The notes: generated from the letters alone by a model not told the origin. A stretch of DNA of 64,000 bases from Candidatus Limnocylindrales bacterium (GCA_038248915.1 JBBRXB010000003.1:177416-241415); one strand, 5' to 3'; shown: positions 38,749-48,113, numbered from the stretch's first letter. A program made the numbers and translations.

Positions 38749-38785
38749 GCGATGCAGCCCCCGGGAGCCCCGGGGGCTGCATCGC
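38749..38785. terminator. 17-bp perfect stem-loop
   Basis: GCGATGCAGCCCCCGGG-AGC-CCCGGGGGCTGCATCGC. Confidence 0.7.
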
Positions 38786-39064
38786 GTTCAGCGGAAGTCC
38801 CATGCGAATGTCATGCGGCGGCGAGACGGTCCGCCGACCGCACCACGGACAGCGCTCGATGCCGCAAGACGCCTGGTCCGACAAGCCCGACCCGCTGCCA
38901 CCGGTCTACCTGACGCGCCGGTCGCGGGCAGCCGCTCGAAGGCCGATGGTGTCGCCGACGTCGGGGCCGAAGCACAGACCCGTGCTTCCGGGGGCGCCGG
39001 GCCTGTCCCGTGGAGCGAGCCGTCGAGGTACGCGTCGAGGAGGCGTCCAACGAACGACCGGGCC

Positions 39065-40252
39065 TCAGCGGGTCCCGCCGGCGACCTCATCGGTGAGCAT
39101 CTGGTCGTCCGCGCCGATCGGTGGAACCGCCTGCAGCGTTCGCGAGCCCGACCGTTCATCCGTGTCCGCACCGGCGTCCGGCTCGGCGTAGCCGGTCGAT
39201 CCAGTGCCATTCGCCAGCATCCGGCGGTAGATGGCCTCGTAACCATCGGTCATCCTGCCCGCCGAGAACCGCTCCAGCACGGATCGCCGGATCGCCAGCC
39301 GGTCGAGCTCGGCGATCCGCGGGACATGGAACGCGAGCTGGGTCGTGTCGTCACCGAAGAAGCCGTCGACGCCGTCCCGGATGATCTCCGGCAGGCCACC
39401 GACTCGCCGCGCGATGACCGGGGTCCCGCACGCCAACGACTCGATGGCGACCAGGCCGAACGGTTCCGGCCAGGAACCCGGCATGAGCGAGGCGTACGAC
39501 TCGGCGAACAGCTGGTCGCGATCGGCCTGACCGAGCTCGCCCAGGAACTCGACCGACGAGCCCGCCGCCCCGAGCGCAGGCGTGAAGACGGAGTCGAAGT
39601 ACGACCGCTCCGGACCGTTCGGGTGGACCTTCGCGGCGATCCTGAGCGGTCGGTCGCTCAGCTGTGCGATCTCGATCGCCTCGACGATCCCCTTCTCCGG
39701 CGCGACCCGGCCGACGAAGCACAGGCCGTCACCGCGACGGCGCTCGAACGGTGAGCCGCCAAGGGTCAGCCCGTTGTGGACGATCCCCGCCCAATCGAAC
39801 GCGGGGTGCGACGATGCCTGGTTCTGGCTGATGGCGACCAGACCGGGCGTCGAGACCGCGAACGTCTCGTGGGCCCACGGCAAGTCCAGCCGGCCGTGCA
39901 TCGTCGACACCACCGGGATCGGTGAAACGCGGGCCAGCAGGAACGAGGCCCACTCGAGATGGCTGTGGATGATGTCGAACTCATAGGCCCGGTCGAGGAC
40001 CGCCCGGATCGTCATGTAGAAATAGGGGGCCGCGTCGCCGGTGTAGCCCGCTGGCCGTAGCGCCTCCGGCACGGTCGCGATGAGCCGTCCCGGGACGTCC
40101 GAGTCACCGCTGGCGAACGTCGTCAGCTCATGGCCGCGCCGGTCGAGCTCGCCGACGAGCTCGACGATGACCCGTTCCGTGCCGCCATAGGCCCTGGGCG
40201 GCACGCGTTCCATGGGCGGCGCCACCTGGGCGATCCGCAGTGGCTGCCTCAT
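39065..40252 (-). CDS. Glycosyltransferase family 4 (GT-B)
   Basis: RIAQVAPP...VPP..YGGTER, GRVAPEKG, W.EPFGLVAIESLACGTPVIA; GAGGAGG SD. Confidence 0.93.
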   Translation of the reverse strand: MRQPLRIAQVAPPMERVPPRAYGGTERVIVELVGELDRRGHELTTFASGDSDVPGRLIATVPEALRPAGYTGDAAPYFYMTIRAVLDRAYEFDIIHSHLEWASFLLARVSPIPVVSTMHGRLDLPWAHETFAVSTPGLVAISQNQASSHPAFDWAGIVHNGLTLGGSPFERRRGDGLCFVGRVAPEKGIVEAIEIAQLSDRPLRIAAKVHPNGPERSYFDSVFTPALGAAGSSVEFLGELGQADRDQLFAESYASLMPGSWPEPFGLVAIESLACGTPVIARRVGGLPEIIRDGVDGFFGDDTTQLAFHVPRIAELDRLAIRRSVLERFSAGRMTDGYEAIYRRMLANGTGSTGYAEPDAGADTDERSGSRTLQAVPPIGADDQMLTDEVAGGTR

Positions 40253-40345
40253 CGATGTCCTCCTCCGGACGCGAAGACCGTGGGTCCGCCGAAACGGGCC
40301 CACGGTCGGTTCGCGACGTGCCGGCCCGCTGGCCGGCGGTCAACC

Positions 40346-40840
40346 TCAGCGCTGGTGGTCCGTCGTGTGGCCGTCCGACTCCTCGATCTCTTCCTCCGAC
40401 TGGTCGCCCACTCCGGCGCCACCACCGGCCCCGACCGCGGCGCCGACCACGGCGCCCGGAGGGCCAGCGATCGCCCCGCCGACGACGGCGCCGACGGCAC
40501 CGCCACCGAGGGCGCCCGCGCCGGAGCCGGCCTCGTCGTCACCTTCGGTCGCCTCGCCCGCGACGGCACCGGCGACGGCCCCGATGCCACCTCCGACCAC
40601 CGCCCCGACCGGGCCACCGACGGCCATCCCGACCGCAGCGCCGCCGAGCGCGCCGGCACCGGCGCCGACGGCTTCATGACCGTGCTCCTGGTTCTCGGGT
40701 GCCGTTCCGGAGCCATCGCCCGGGAGCGTGGCGTCGAGCGGATCGTCATGCTGGAGGTCGCGCCCGTCGACGGGCCGCTGCTCGACGTATGGGTCAGCGG
40801 TGAGCGGCTTGTTGGTATCGGTCGGGTCGTTGCGGTCCAT
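40346..40840 (-). CDS. Acidic protein with two glycine-zipper TM hairpins
   Basis: Duplicated GAGALGG..VG..VGG/AG.P.GAVVG..G..G motif; AGGAGG SD. Confidence 0.75.
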   Translation of the reverse strand: MDRNDPTDTNKPLTADPYVEQRPVDGRDLQHDDPLDATLPGDGSGTAPENQEHGHEAVGAGAGALGGAAVGMAVGGPVGAVVGGGIGAVAGAVAGEATEGDDEAGSGAGALGGGAVGAVVGGAIAGPPGAVVGAAVGAGGGAGVGDQSEEEIEESDGHTTDHQR

Positions 40841-40996
40841 ATGGGCCTCCTGAACGTCTGGGAGCCGGCGGGTCCACCGGGCTGGCGACGTCGAGTGACG
40901 CCGATGGCCCAACCGTAGGTAGGCGACATCACCGCCCGCCCCACAGGCGCTCGATAGGACGTATCAGCCGCGTGACGAGCGCCCATGACCCGGGCG

Positions 40997-43684
40997 TCAG
41001 AGGGCCAGGGGGTCCGTCTTGTCCGGGTCGATGCCGAGGTCGCGCACGGCCTTGGCCGCCTTCGACGCGGGCAGGGCGCCGCATCGTGCCAGCGACACCA
41101 TGGTCGCGGCCGCGATGTGCGGCGGGTCGATTTCGAACAAGGTCCGCAGGTTCTCGCGCGTGTCGCTCCGACCGAAGCCGTCCGTGCCGAGGGCCAGGTA
41201 GTGCGGCGGCAGCCAGCGCGAGACCATGTCCGGCAGGGCCTTCATCCAGTCGGTGGCCGCGACGATCGGCCCGCCGTCGAACGGCAGGACCGTCGTGACA
41301 TGCGGGACCCGTGGCGTCTTGGCGTCCGGGTGGAGCCGGTTCCAGCGCTCGGTCTCCAGGGCGTCGCGGCGGAGCAGCGGGAACGACGGCGCGCTGTACA
41401 CCTCGGCGGCGACCCCGAACCGCTCGGCCAGCAGGTCACGGGCGGCCAGGACCTGCTGGAGGATCGCCCCGGAGCCGATGAGCCGGGCCGGATGCGCCTC
41501 GCGCCCGAGATCGGGGGCGGCCGCGAAGCGATACACGCCGCGCAGGATGGCCGCTTCTGTCAGGCCCTCCGGGCGGACCGGCTGGGCGTAGTTCTCGTTG
41601 TAGATCGTGACGTAGTAGAACACGTCCTCGGGCTTCGGCCCGTACATCCGCTCGATCCCATCGCGGACGACCGCCGCCAGCTCGTAGGCAAAGGCCGGGT
41701 CGTAGGCGCGCAGATTGGGGACCGTGGAGGCGAGGATCTGAGTCTGGCCGTCGTCGTGCTGGAGGCCCTCGCCGGTCAGCGTCGTGCGGCCGGCCGTGGC
41801 GCCCATCAGGAAGCCGCGCCCGCGCGCGTCCCCGAATGCCCACATCTGGTCGCCGGTCCGCTGGAAGCCGAACATCGAGTAGAAGATGTAGAACGGGATG
41901 ACCGGCACACCGTGGCTGGCGTATGACGTCCCCGCCGCCTGGAAGCTGGCCATCGAGCCCGCCTCGGTGATGCCCTCCTCGAGGACCTGGCCGTCGGTCG
42001 ACTCGCGGTACGACAGCACGAGCTCCGAATCGACCGGCGAGTAGCGCTGGCCGAGGGCCGCGTAGATGCCGACCTCCTTGAACAGGGGGTCCATGCCGAA
42101 GGTGCGCGCCTCGTCGGGGATGATCGGCACGATCCGGGGGCCGAGCTCCGGGTCACGGATGAGGTTGCGCAGGATGCGCGCGAAGACCATCGTCGTCGAC
42201 ACCGGCGTCGGGCTGCCGGCCGCGAACTCTTCATCGACCGCCGGCGCGGGGGCGGGCAGGGGCTCCGCCCGGACGGAGCGATGGGGCAGCGGTCCGCCGA
42301 GGCTGAGGCGGCGCTCGAGCAGGTACTGGATCTCCTCGGAGTCAGCACCCGGGTGGTAGTAGGGCGCCTCCTTGAGGGTGGAGTCCGGGATCGGCAGCTC
42401 GAGCCGGTCGCGGAAGATCCTGAGCTCAGCCTCGTTGAGCTTCTTGGCCTGGTGGGTGATGTTGCGGGCCTCGACGCCCGGACCCAGCGTCCAGCCCTTG
42501 ACCGTGTGGGCGAGGATGACCGTCGGCGCGCCGGTGTGCTCCGTGGCAGCCTTGTAGGCGGCGTACACCTTGCGGTAATCGTGGCCGCCACGGCGGAGCT
42601 TCGACAGGTCGTCGTCGGTCAGGTGCTCGACCAGCTTGCCCAGCCGCGGGTCCGGCCCGAAGAAGTGCTCGCGGATGTACGCGCCGCCCGCCACCGAGAA
42701 CTTCTGGAACTCGCCGTCGAGCGTGTCGTTCATCTTCTCGACCAGCAGGCCGTCGACGTCGCGAGCCAGGAGATCGTCCCATTCCCGACCCCAGATGACC
42801 TTGATGACGTTCCAGCCCGCGCCGCGGAACGCGGATTCGAGCTCCTGGATGATCTTGCCGTTGCCGCGGACCGGGCCGTCCAGCCGTTGCAGGTTGCAGT
42901 TGACGACGAAGGTCAGGTTGTCGAGCCCTTCGCGGGCGGCGACATGGAGCGCGCCGAGCGACTCGGGCTCGTCCGATTCACCATCGCCCATGAACGCCCA
43001 GACCCTGGACCCCGACGTGTCCAACAGGCCGCGATTGTGGAGGTACCGGTTGTAGCGCGCCTGGTAGATGGCGCTGATCGGCCCGAGGCCCATCGAGACC
43101 GTCGGGAACTCCCAGAACTCCGGCATCAGCCGTGGGTGCGGGTAGGAGCTCAGGCCGTTGCCGCCCGTCTCGCGCCGGAAGTGGTCGAGCTGGTCGACGC
43201 TCAGGCGCCCCTCGAGGAACGCCCGCGCGTAGATGCCCGGCGCAGCGTGGCCCTGGTAGAAGATCTGGTCGCCGCTCCCGCCCGCGTCCTTGCCGCGGAA
43301 GAAGTGGTTGAAGCCGACCTCGTAGAGTGTCGCCGCCGAGGCGTACGTGGCGAGGTGGCCGCCGATCCCGGAGAACTGGTTGTTGGCCCGCAGGACCATC
43401 GCCACGGCATTCCAGCGGATCAGCCGGCGGATGCGTCGCTCCATCGCCTCGTCGCCCGGGAAGGCGGGCTCCTGTTCCGGGCTGATCGTGTTGATGTAGC
43501 GGGTCTGGGTCAGCGGCGGGAGACCGACCTGGAGCTGGCGAGCCCGCTTGAGGAGCTTGTAGATGATGAATCGGGCGCGGGCCTGGCCCTCCTCGGCGAC
43601 GACCTGGTCGAGCGATGCCAGCCAGTCCTCGGTCTCCTCGGGGTCGATGTCCGGCAGCTGGTGCTTGAACTCGTCGAAATACAT
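40997..43684 (-). CDS. aceE: Pyruvate dehydrogenase E1 component, homodimeric type
   Basis: DIDPEETEDWL.SL, GGH.ATYAS, GLSSYPHP, TVSMGLGP, GDGESDE, NCNLQRLDG, PDEARTFG, YSMFGFQR, EGLQH, GTDGFGRSD. Confidence 0.96.
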   Translation of the reverse strand: MYFDEFKHQLPDIDPEETEDWLASLDQVVAEEGQARARFIIYKLLKRARQLQVGLPPLTQTRYINTISPEQEPAFPGDEAMERRIRRLIRWNAVAMVLRANNQFSGIGGHLATYASAATLYEVGFNHFFRGKDAGGSGDQIFYQGHAAPGIYARAFLEGRLSVDQLDHFRRETGGNGLSSYPHPRLMPEFWEFPTVSMGLGPISAIYQARYNRYLHNRGLLDTSGSRVWAFMGDGESDEPESLGALHVAAREGLDNLTFVVNCNLQRLDGPVRGNGKIIQELESAFRGAGWNVIKVIWGREWDDLLARDVDGLLVEKMNDTLDGEFQKFSVAGGAYIREHFFGPDPRLGKLVEHLTDDDLSKLRRGGHDYRKVYAAYKAATEHTGAPTVILAHTVKGWTLGPGVEARNITHQAKKLNEAELRIFRDRLELPIPDSTLKEAPYYHPGADSEEIQYLLERRLSLGGPLPHRSVRAEPLPAPAPAVDEEFAAGSPTPVSTTMVFARILRNLIRDPELGPRIVPIIPDEARTFGMDPLFKEVGIYAALGQRYSPVDSELVLSYRESTDGQVLEEGITEAGSMASFQAAGTSYASHGVPVIPFYIFYSMFGFQRTGDQMWAFGDARGRGFLMGATAGRTTLTGEGLQHDDGQTQILASTVPNLRAYDPAFAYELAAVVRDGIERMYGPKPEDVFYYVTIYNENYAQPVRPEGLTEAAILRGVYRFAAAPDLGREAHPARLIGSGAILQQVLAARDLLAERFGVAAEVYSAPSFPLLRRDALETERWNRLHPDAKTPRVPHVTTVLPFDGGPIVAATDWMKALPDMVSRWLPPHYLALGTDGFGRSDTRENLRTLFEIDPPHIAAATMVSLARCGALPASKAAKAVRDLGIDPDKTDPLAL

Positions 43685-43761
43685 GTCGTTGCCAGCGTAG
43701 CCCATCTCGTTGCGGACCGAGGTTTGCGGGTCGGTATCGGCGCAAGCCTTCGCGGTCCCGT

Positions 43762-43795
43762 TGCAATGCGGATGCAATGAGTATTACAACGCGGG
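43762..43795 (+). promoter_or_regulatory. Triple direct repeat upstream of the OmpR-family regulator (candidate autoregulatory box)
   Basis: TGCAATG at 43762 and 43773, TACAACG at 43785 (11- and 12-bp spacing). Confidence 0.6.
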
Positions 43796-43880
43796 GCGCA
43801 GCGGACGACAGGCAGCAAGCCCGATGCTGTGTCGAGTCCACCGGAGTCCGTCACCATGTCATCCCATCACGGAGGCGAAC

Positions 43881-44633
43881 GTGAGTACCCAGCCGCTCGT
43901 ACTCGTCGCGGACGACGAGCCCCGGATCACGAAGCTCGTGTCGATCGCCCTCGGGGAGGAGGGATTCCGCGTCGTCACCGCGGCGAGCGGTGAGGAGGCC
44001 CTGGCCAAGGCCGAGGAAGTCCGCCCCGACATCGTCCTGCTCGACATCGTCATGCCCGACCTGGACGGGATCGAGGTCATGCGCCAGCTCCGCGAACGAC
44101 GCCCGGTCGCGGTCATCCTGTTGACGGCCAAGGGCTCCACCGCGGACAAGGCCAAGGGCCTCGACCTCGGCGCCGACGACTACATCGCCAAGCCGTTCCA
44201 CCCCGACGAGCTGGCCGCCCGCGTGCGAGCGGTGTTGCGTCGGTCATCGGGCGCGCAGCCCGGATCGGGTGTCCTCAAGTTCGACGACGTCGAGATCGAT
44301 CTCGAGCGTCGGATGGTGACGCGCAACGGGGAGCTGGTGCAGCTCTCGCGCACCGAATGGCTGCTCCTCCAGCATCTCGCCGCGAACGCCGGCAAGGTCG
44401 TCCTCCACACGGAGCTCCTGACCAAGGTCTGGGGCCCGGAATACCGCGACGACCTCCAGTACCTGCGGGTCTGGGTCTCGCGCGTCAGGCGCAAGCTCGG
44501 CGCGGAACCGGGTGAGCCCGGCCGGATCAAGACCTTCCAGGGCATCGGCTACCTGCTCGATGTCGAGCCGCCGAGCCCCCCTGAAACGGTCGCTCCGGTC
44601 GTCCCCGACGAGCGGTCGGCGCTCATCGGGTGA
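43881..44633 (+). CDS. OmpR/KdpE family response regulator
   Basis: LVADDE, LLDIVMP.LDG, GADDYIAKPF, winged helix LL.KVWG...YLRV.VSR.RRKL, GIGY; GGAGG SD. Confidence 0.94.
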   Translation: MSTQPLVLVADDEPRITKLVSIALGEEGFRVVTAASGEEALAKAEEVRPDIVLLDIVMPDLDGIEVMRQLRERRPVAVILLTAKGSTADKAKGLDLGADDYIAKPFHPDELAARVRAVLRRSSGAQPGSGVLKFDDVEIDLERRMVTRNGELVQLSRTEWLLLQHLAANAGKVVLHTELLTKVWGPEYRDDLQYLRVWVSRVRRKLGAEPGEPGRIKTFQGIGYLLDVEPPSPPETVAPVVPDERSALIG

Positions 44634-44662
44634 GTCATCCGGGAGTGCGTTACGCTCCCGGC

Positions 44663-45268
44663 ATGCAACGCTACGGCCCGGGGACGGCCCTGCTCGTGGT
44701 CGACGTCCAGAACGATTTTGCGGACCCGTCCGGCAGCCTGAGCGTGGCCGGCGGCGACCGGATCGTGCCGACCATCGACCGTGAGATCGAGATGGCGACC
44801 GCGAACGGGGCGATCGTCGTGGCCACCCAGGACTGGCACCCGCCGAGCACGCCCCATTTCACCAAGGATGGTGGGCCATGGCCGGTCCATTGCGTGGCGG
44901 GCACGTGGGGCGCGGAGCTGCACCCAGACCTGGCACTCCCCGATGACGCGCCACGGATCCGCAAGGGCGCCAACGGCGAAGACGGCTATTCGGGTTTCAC
45001 CATGCGTGACCCGGTCAGGGGCGAGACGATCGCGACGGCGCTCGAGGCTGTGCTGCGCGACGCCGGCATCGAGCGGGTCGTGGTCACGGGCCTGGCCACG
45101 GACTACTGCGTCAAGGCCACCGCGCTCGATGCGGTCCGCCTCGGGTTCGAGACGGCCGTGCTGACCGACGCGATCGGTGCGGTCGACCTGGAGCCGGGCG
45201 ACGGCGACCGGGCGCTCGAGGCGATGCAGGCCGCTGGCGTGGCCATCTGGCGGACGGTGATGCGGTGA
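44663..45268 (+). CDS. pncA: Nicotinamidase/pyrazinamidase
   Basis: VDVQNDF, QDWHP, WPVHCV, KG....YSGF, GLATDYCV. Confidence 0.92.
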   Translation: MQRYGPGTALLVVDVQNDFADPSGSLSVAGGDRIVPTIDREIEMATANGAIVVATQDWHPPSTPHFTKDGGPWPVHCVAGTWGAELHPDLALPDDAPRIRKGANGEDGYSGFTMRDPVRGETIATALEAVLRDAGIERVVVTGLATDYCVKATALDAVRLGFETAVLTDAIGAVDLEPGDGDRALEAMQAAGVAIWRTVMR

Positions 45269-45834
45269 TCCGCGGCGCGGTCCGGCTGGCGCTCGTCGGG
45301 GCGGGTATCGGCTATGCGCTCGATCGCGTGCTCGCTGGGCAGGCCAAGGGCGACGAGCCCGAGCCGATCAGCTCGCTCATCGTCATCGACGCCCCGATCG
45401 AGCGGGTCTGGGCGGTCATCGCCGATATCGAGGACCAGCCCCGCTGGATGCACGAGATGAAGGCGCTGCGCGTGCTGACCGACGGCCCGATCGGGGTCGG
45501 CACAGTGGCCGAGGCCGACGTTCGCATGTACGGCATCACGGTCACCGACCCGGTGACCATCACCGAGTTCGAGCCGCCGCATCGCTACGCGATCAGCCAC
45601 GACGGCACGATCCACGGGCGTGGGGTGATCACCCTCGAGTCCGGCGCCGATGGGACGACCACGATCGTCCGCTGGGACGAGGTGCTCATCCCACCGGTCC
45701 TGTCCCATCTCGGGGCGCTGGTCATGGCTCCGGCGCTCGGGGCGATCTTCCAGGCTGACCTCGAACGGCTCAAGTCGATCGTCGAGACCGGCGCGACGGG
45801 TTCGGCGCTGGCGCCCGCGCGCTTGCCGGCCTGA
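45265..45834 (+). CDS. SRPBCC family protein
   Basis: IDAPIERVWAVIAD...P.W, EFEPP, DLERLKSIVE. Confidence 0.88.
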   Translation: MIRGAVRLALVGAGIGYALDRVLAGQAKGDEPEPISSLIVIDAPIERVWAVIADIEDQPRWMHEMKALRVLTDGPIGVGTVAEADVRMYGITVTDPVTITEFEPPHRYAISHDGTIHGRGVITLESGADGTTTIVRWDEVLIPPVLSHLGALVMAPALGAIFQADLERLKSIVETGATGSALAPARLPA

Positions 45835-45846
45835 GCGGCGACCGGG

Positions 45847-46749
45847 TTGCAGCTTCACCTCGTCGACGCGACCTACGAGCTGTTTCGGGCGCATTTCGCC
45901 CCTCGCCCGCCGGTCCTCGGACGCGACGGGATCCCGTTGTCGGGCGTTTCGGGCCTGTGCGACCAGCTGCTGTATCTCCTGCGGGAGGAAGGTGCCACGC
46001 ACGTCGGCTGCGCCACCGACCGGGTCATCGAATCGTTCCGCAACGACCTGTACCCGGGCTACAAATCGTCGGTCGGGATGCCGCCCGAGCTGCTCGCCCA
46101 GTTCCCGATCGCGGAGGCGGCCGTGGAGGCGCTCGGCATCGTGCTCTGGCCGATGGTCGACTTCGAGGCCGATGACGCGATCGCCGCGGCCGCGACGCGG
46201 TTCGGCGAGGACGAGCGCGTGGAGCGGATCGTCGTCTGCACGCCCGACAAGGACATGGCCCAGCTGGTCCGCGACGGGCGGGTGGTGCTGTGGGATCGGC
46301 GCCGCAACCTGACCTATGACGACGCCGGCGTCAGGGCCAAGTGGGGCGTGCCACCGACATCGATCCCGGACTGGCTCGGACTCGTCGGGGACGCGTCGGA
46401 CGGGTTTCCGGGGTTGCCCGGCTGGGGCGCCAAGTCGGCCGCCGCCGTGTTGGACCGCTACGGCCACTACGAGGCGATCCCACCGAAGGCGTCGGCGTGG
46501 GAGGTCCCGGGCATCGGCGGCTCTCGCGCGATGGGTCTGGCCGCGACCCTGCGCGATCACTGGGACGAGGCGCTGCTGTATCGGGACCTGGCCCGGCTGC
46601 GGACGGTCGGCGACGGCGTGCCGATCCGTCAGCAGGATGCCGACGAGCTGCGCTGGGATGGCGCCCCCCGAGACGCCTGGGAGGGCTTCTGCGAGGAATG
46701 GGGCCTCGACCGGCTGCGAACGAGACCCCACCGGTGGCTCGAGGGCTGA
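45847..46749 (+). CDS. Stand-alone 5'-3' exonuclease / flap endonuclease
   Basis: HLVD, FRNDLYPGYK, FEADD, TPDKDMAQ, H3TH motif LVGD.SDG.PG.PG.G.KSA. Confidence 0.9.
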   Translation: MQLHLVDATYELFRAHFAPRPPVLGRDGIPLSGVSGLCDQLLYLLREEGATHVGCATDRVIESFRNDLYPGYKSSVGMPPELLAQFPIAEAAVEALGIVLWPMVDFEADDAIAAAATRFGEDERVERIVVCTPDKDMAQLVRDGRVVLWDRRRNLTYDDAGVRAKWGVPPTSIPDWLGLVGDASDGFPGLPGWGAKSAAAVLDRYGHYEAIPPKASAWEVPGIGGSRAMGLAATLRDHWDEALLYRDLARLRTVGDGVPIRQQDADELRWDGAPRDAWEGFCEEWGLDRLRTRPHRWLEG

Positions 46750-46859
46750 TCGCCCGGTGGGTCGACCTGGCGGTCCGTTGCCAGGCGTAGCCGTCGTGGC
46801 GCCCGGTTGGTTCCCGATTCGTCGGTGGGTGCTGCGGGCCGCGCTCTCGACACCTGGCG

Positions 46860-47240
46860 CGATCGTCCGAAAGGTGGTCGTATCTGATATGCCACTCGAG
46901 AGCATCAGGCGTTTGGAGGCGCGGGCTCCGCACCGTGCCCGATCGCCCGAAAGGTGGTCGCATCTGATATGCCACTCGAGAGCATCAGGCGTTTGGTGGC
47001 GCGGGCTTGGCGAGCGCGCGGGCTCGTAGGGTGCAGTCGGCTTCGCCGGCCACGTCGGCCCACACCCGTCCGTCCACCGATCGGCCCACCCGTCCGTCCC
47101 ATCGGCCCATCGGCCCATCGGCCCATCGGCCCATCGGCCCCGGTGATGCTCTCGAATGACATCAACCTATGTAGGTCACGTTCGATGAACGGGGCCGCCC
47201 CGACTCGTGATGCTCTCGAGTGGCATATGCGGGCAAGGGG
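46860..47240. repeat. REP/REPIN-like repeat cluster between convergent genes
   Basis: 68-bp direct repeats at 46860 and 46940 (3 mismatches) carrying ATGCCACTCGAGAGCATCA; inverted copies at 47144 and 47208; about five CCCATCGG units near 47098. Confidence 0.85.
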
Positions 47241-47273
47241 GTCGTTCGGCGCGGCCGGCGCCACGCGCCCTCC

Positions 47274-48113
47274 CTACCGAACGAGCGCCAGTAATGCCCC
47301 GTGATGCGCGGCCGGCACCGCCACGATGCCGATCGACTTCGGGCCGTGCGCCAGGTCGAACCATGGTCCACCGCTCATCGAGGTGACGGTCGCCCCTGCC
47401 CGTTCTGCGATGAGCCCGGCGGCGGCCACATCCCACGCCGACAACCCGCCCTGCTGGATGAACGCGTCGAAGCGCCCGTTGGCGACGTACGCGAGCGCGA
47501 GCGCCGCCGAGCCCATCGAGCGCGAGATCCGGATCGCCTTGCGCACGTTGCGGGCCCGCGTCGTCGCCGTTCGCCCGTTGAGCCCCATCGAGATCACGAA
47601 ATCGGACAGCTTGTCCTTGTCCGAGGCGTGGACGGGTCGCCCGGTGAGGGTCGCCGGACCGTCGGCGGTCGCGGCGAACGCCTCATCTCGCGTCGGGTCG
47701 AGGATGACCCCGACAGCTGGCGCCCCATCGACCACCAGCCCGATCGAGACGCAGAACACGGGGATGCCGTTGGCATAATTGACCGTGCCGTCCAGCGGGT
47801 CGACGATCCATACCCGGCCGCGCCCCGAAGTCGGCGCCTCGCCCGCAACGGCCCGATGCTCGCCAGTTTCCTCGGCCAGGATCGCGTCAGCCGGGTACCG
47901 CGCCCGGATCGCGTCGAGGATGAGCGCCTCGCTCAGGTGATCAGCCTCGGTCACCACGTCGCGCGCGCTCTTGTAGTCGATCCGCTCGAGCCGCTCGTAA
48001 TGGTCCATCAGGACGACCCCGGCGCGCTCGGCGACTTCGAGCGAGAACGACAGCTCGCCCTCGTACGCCGAGACCGGCCCGGCCCCGTTCGCCGGTGCGG
48101 CGAGGTCCGTCAC
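47274..48113 (-). CDS. Inositol monophosphatase family protein (SuhB-like)
   Basis: DVVTEAD, LAEE, WIVDPLDGTVNY, GSAAL, WDVAAA.LI. Confidence 0.92.
   Translation of the reverse strand: MTDLAAPANGAGPVSAYEGELSFSLEVAERAGVVLMDHYERLERIDYKSARDVVTEADHLSEALILDAIRARYPADAILAEETGEHRAVAGEAPTSGRGRVWIVDPLDGTVNYANGIPVFCVSIGLVVDGAPAVGVILDPTRDEAFAATADGPATLTGRPVHASDKDKLSDFVISMGLNGRTATTRARNVRKAIRISRSMGSAALALAYVANGRFDAFIQQGGLSAWDVAAAGLIAERAGATVTSMSGGPWFDLAHGPKSIGIVAVPAAHHGALLALVR

Noticed and set aside
38788-39191. Possible small gene between the hairpin and the GT4 (MPQDAWSDK... on +; LLDAYLDGSL or CPWC fragments on -)
   Set aside because: No SD or convincing start, overlaps the GT4 3' end, and no frame gives a coherent domain
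46860-47007. Direct repeats as a CRISPR array
   Set aside because: Only two 68-bp units with a 12-bp gap, inverted copies nearby and no cas genes
47098-47140. CCCATCGG x5 microsatellite as a contingency locus
   Set aside because: Lies between convergent 3' ends, not in a promoter or CDS; treated as part of the repeat cluster
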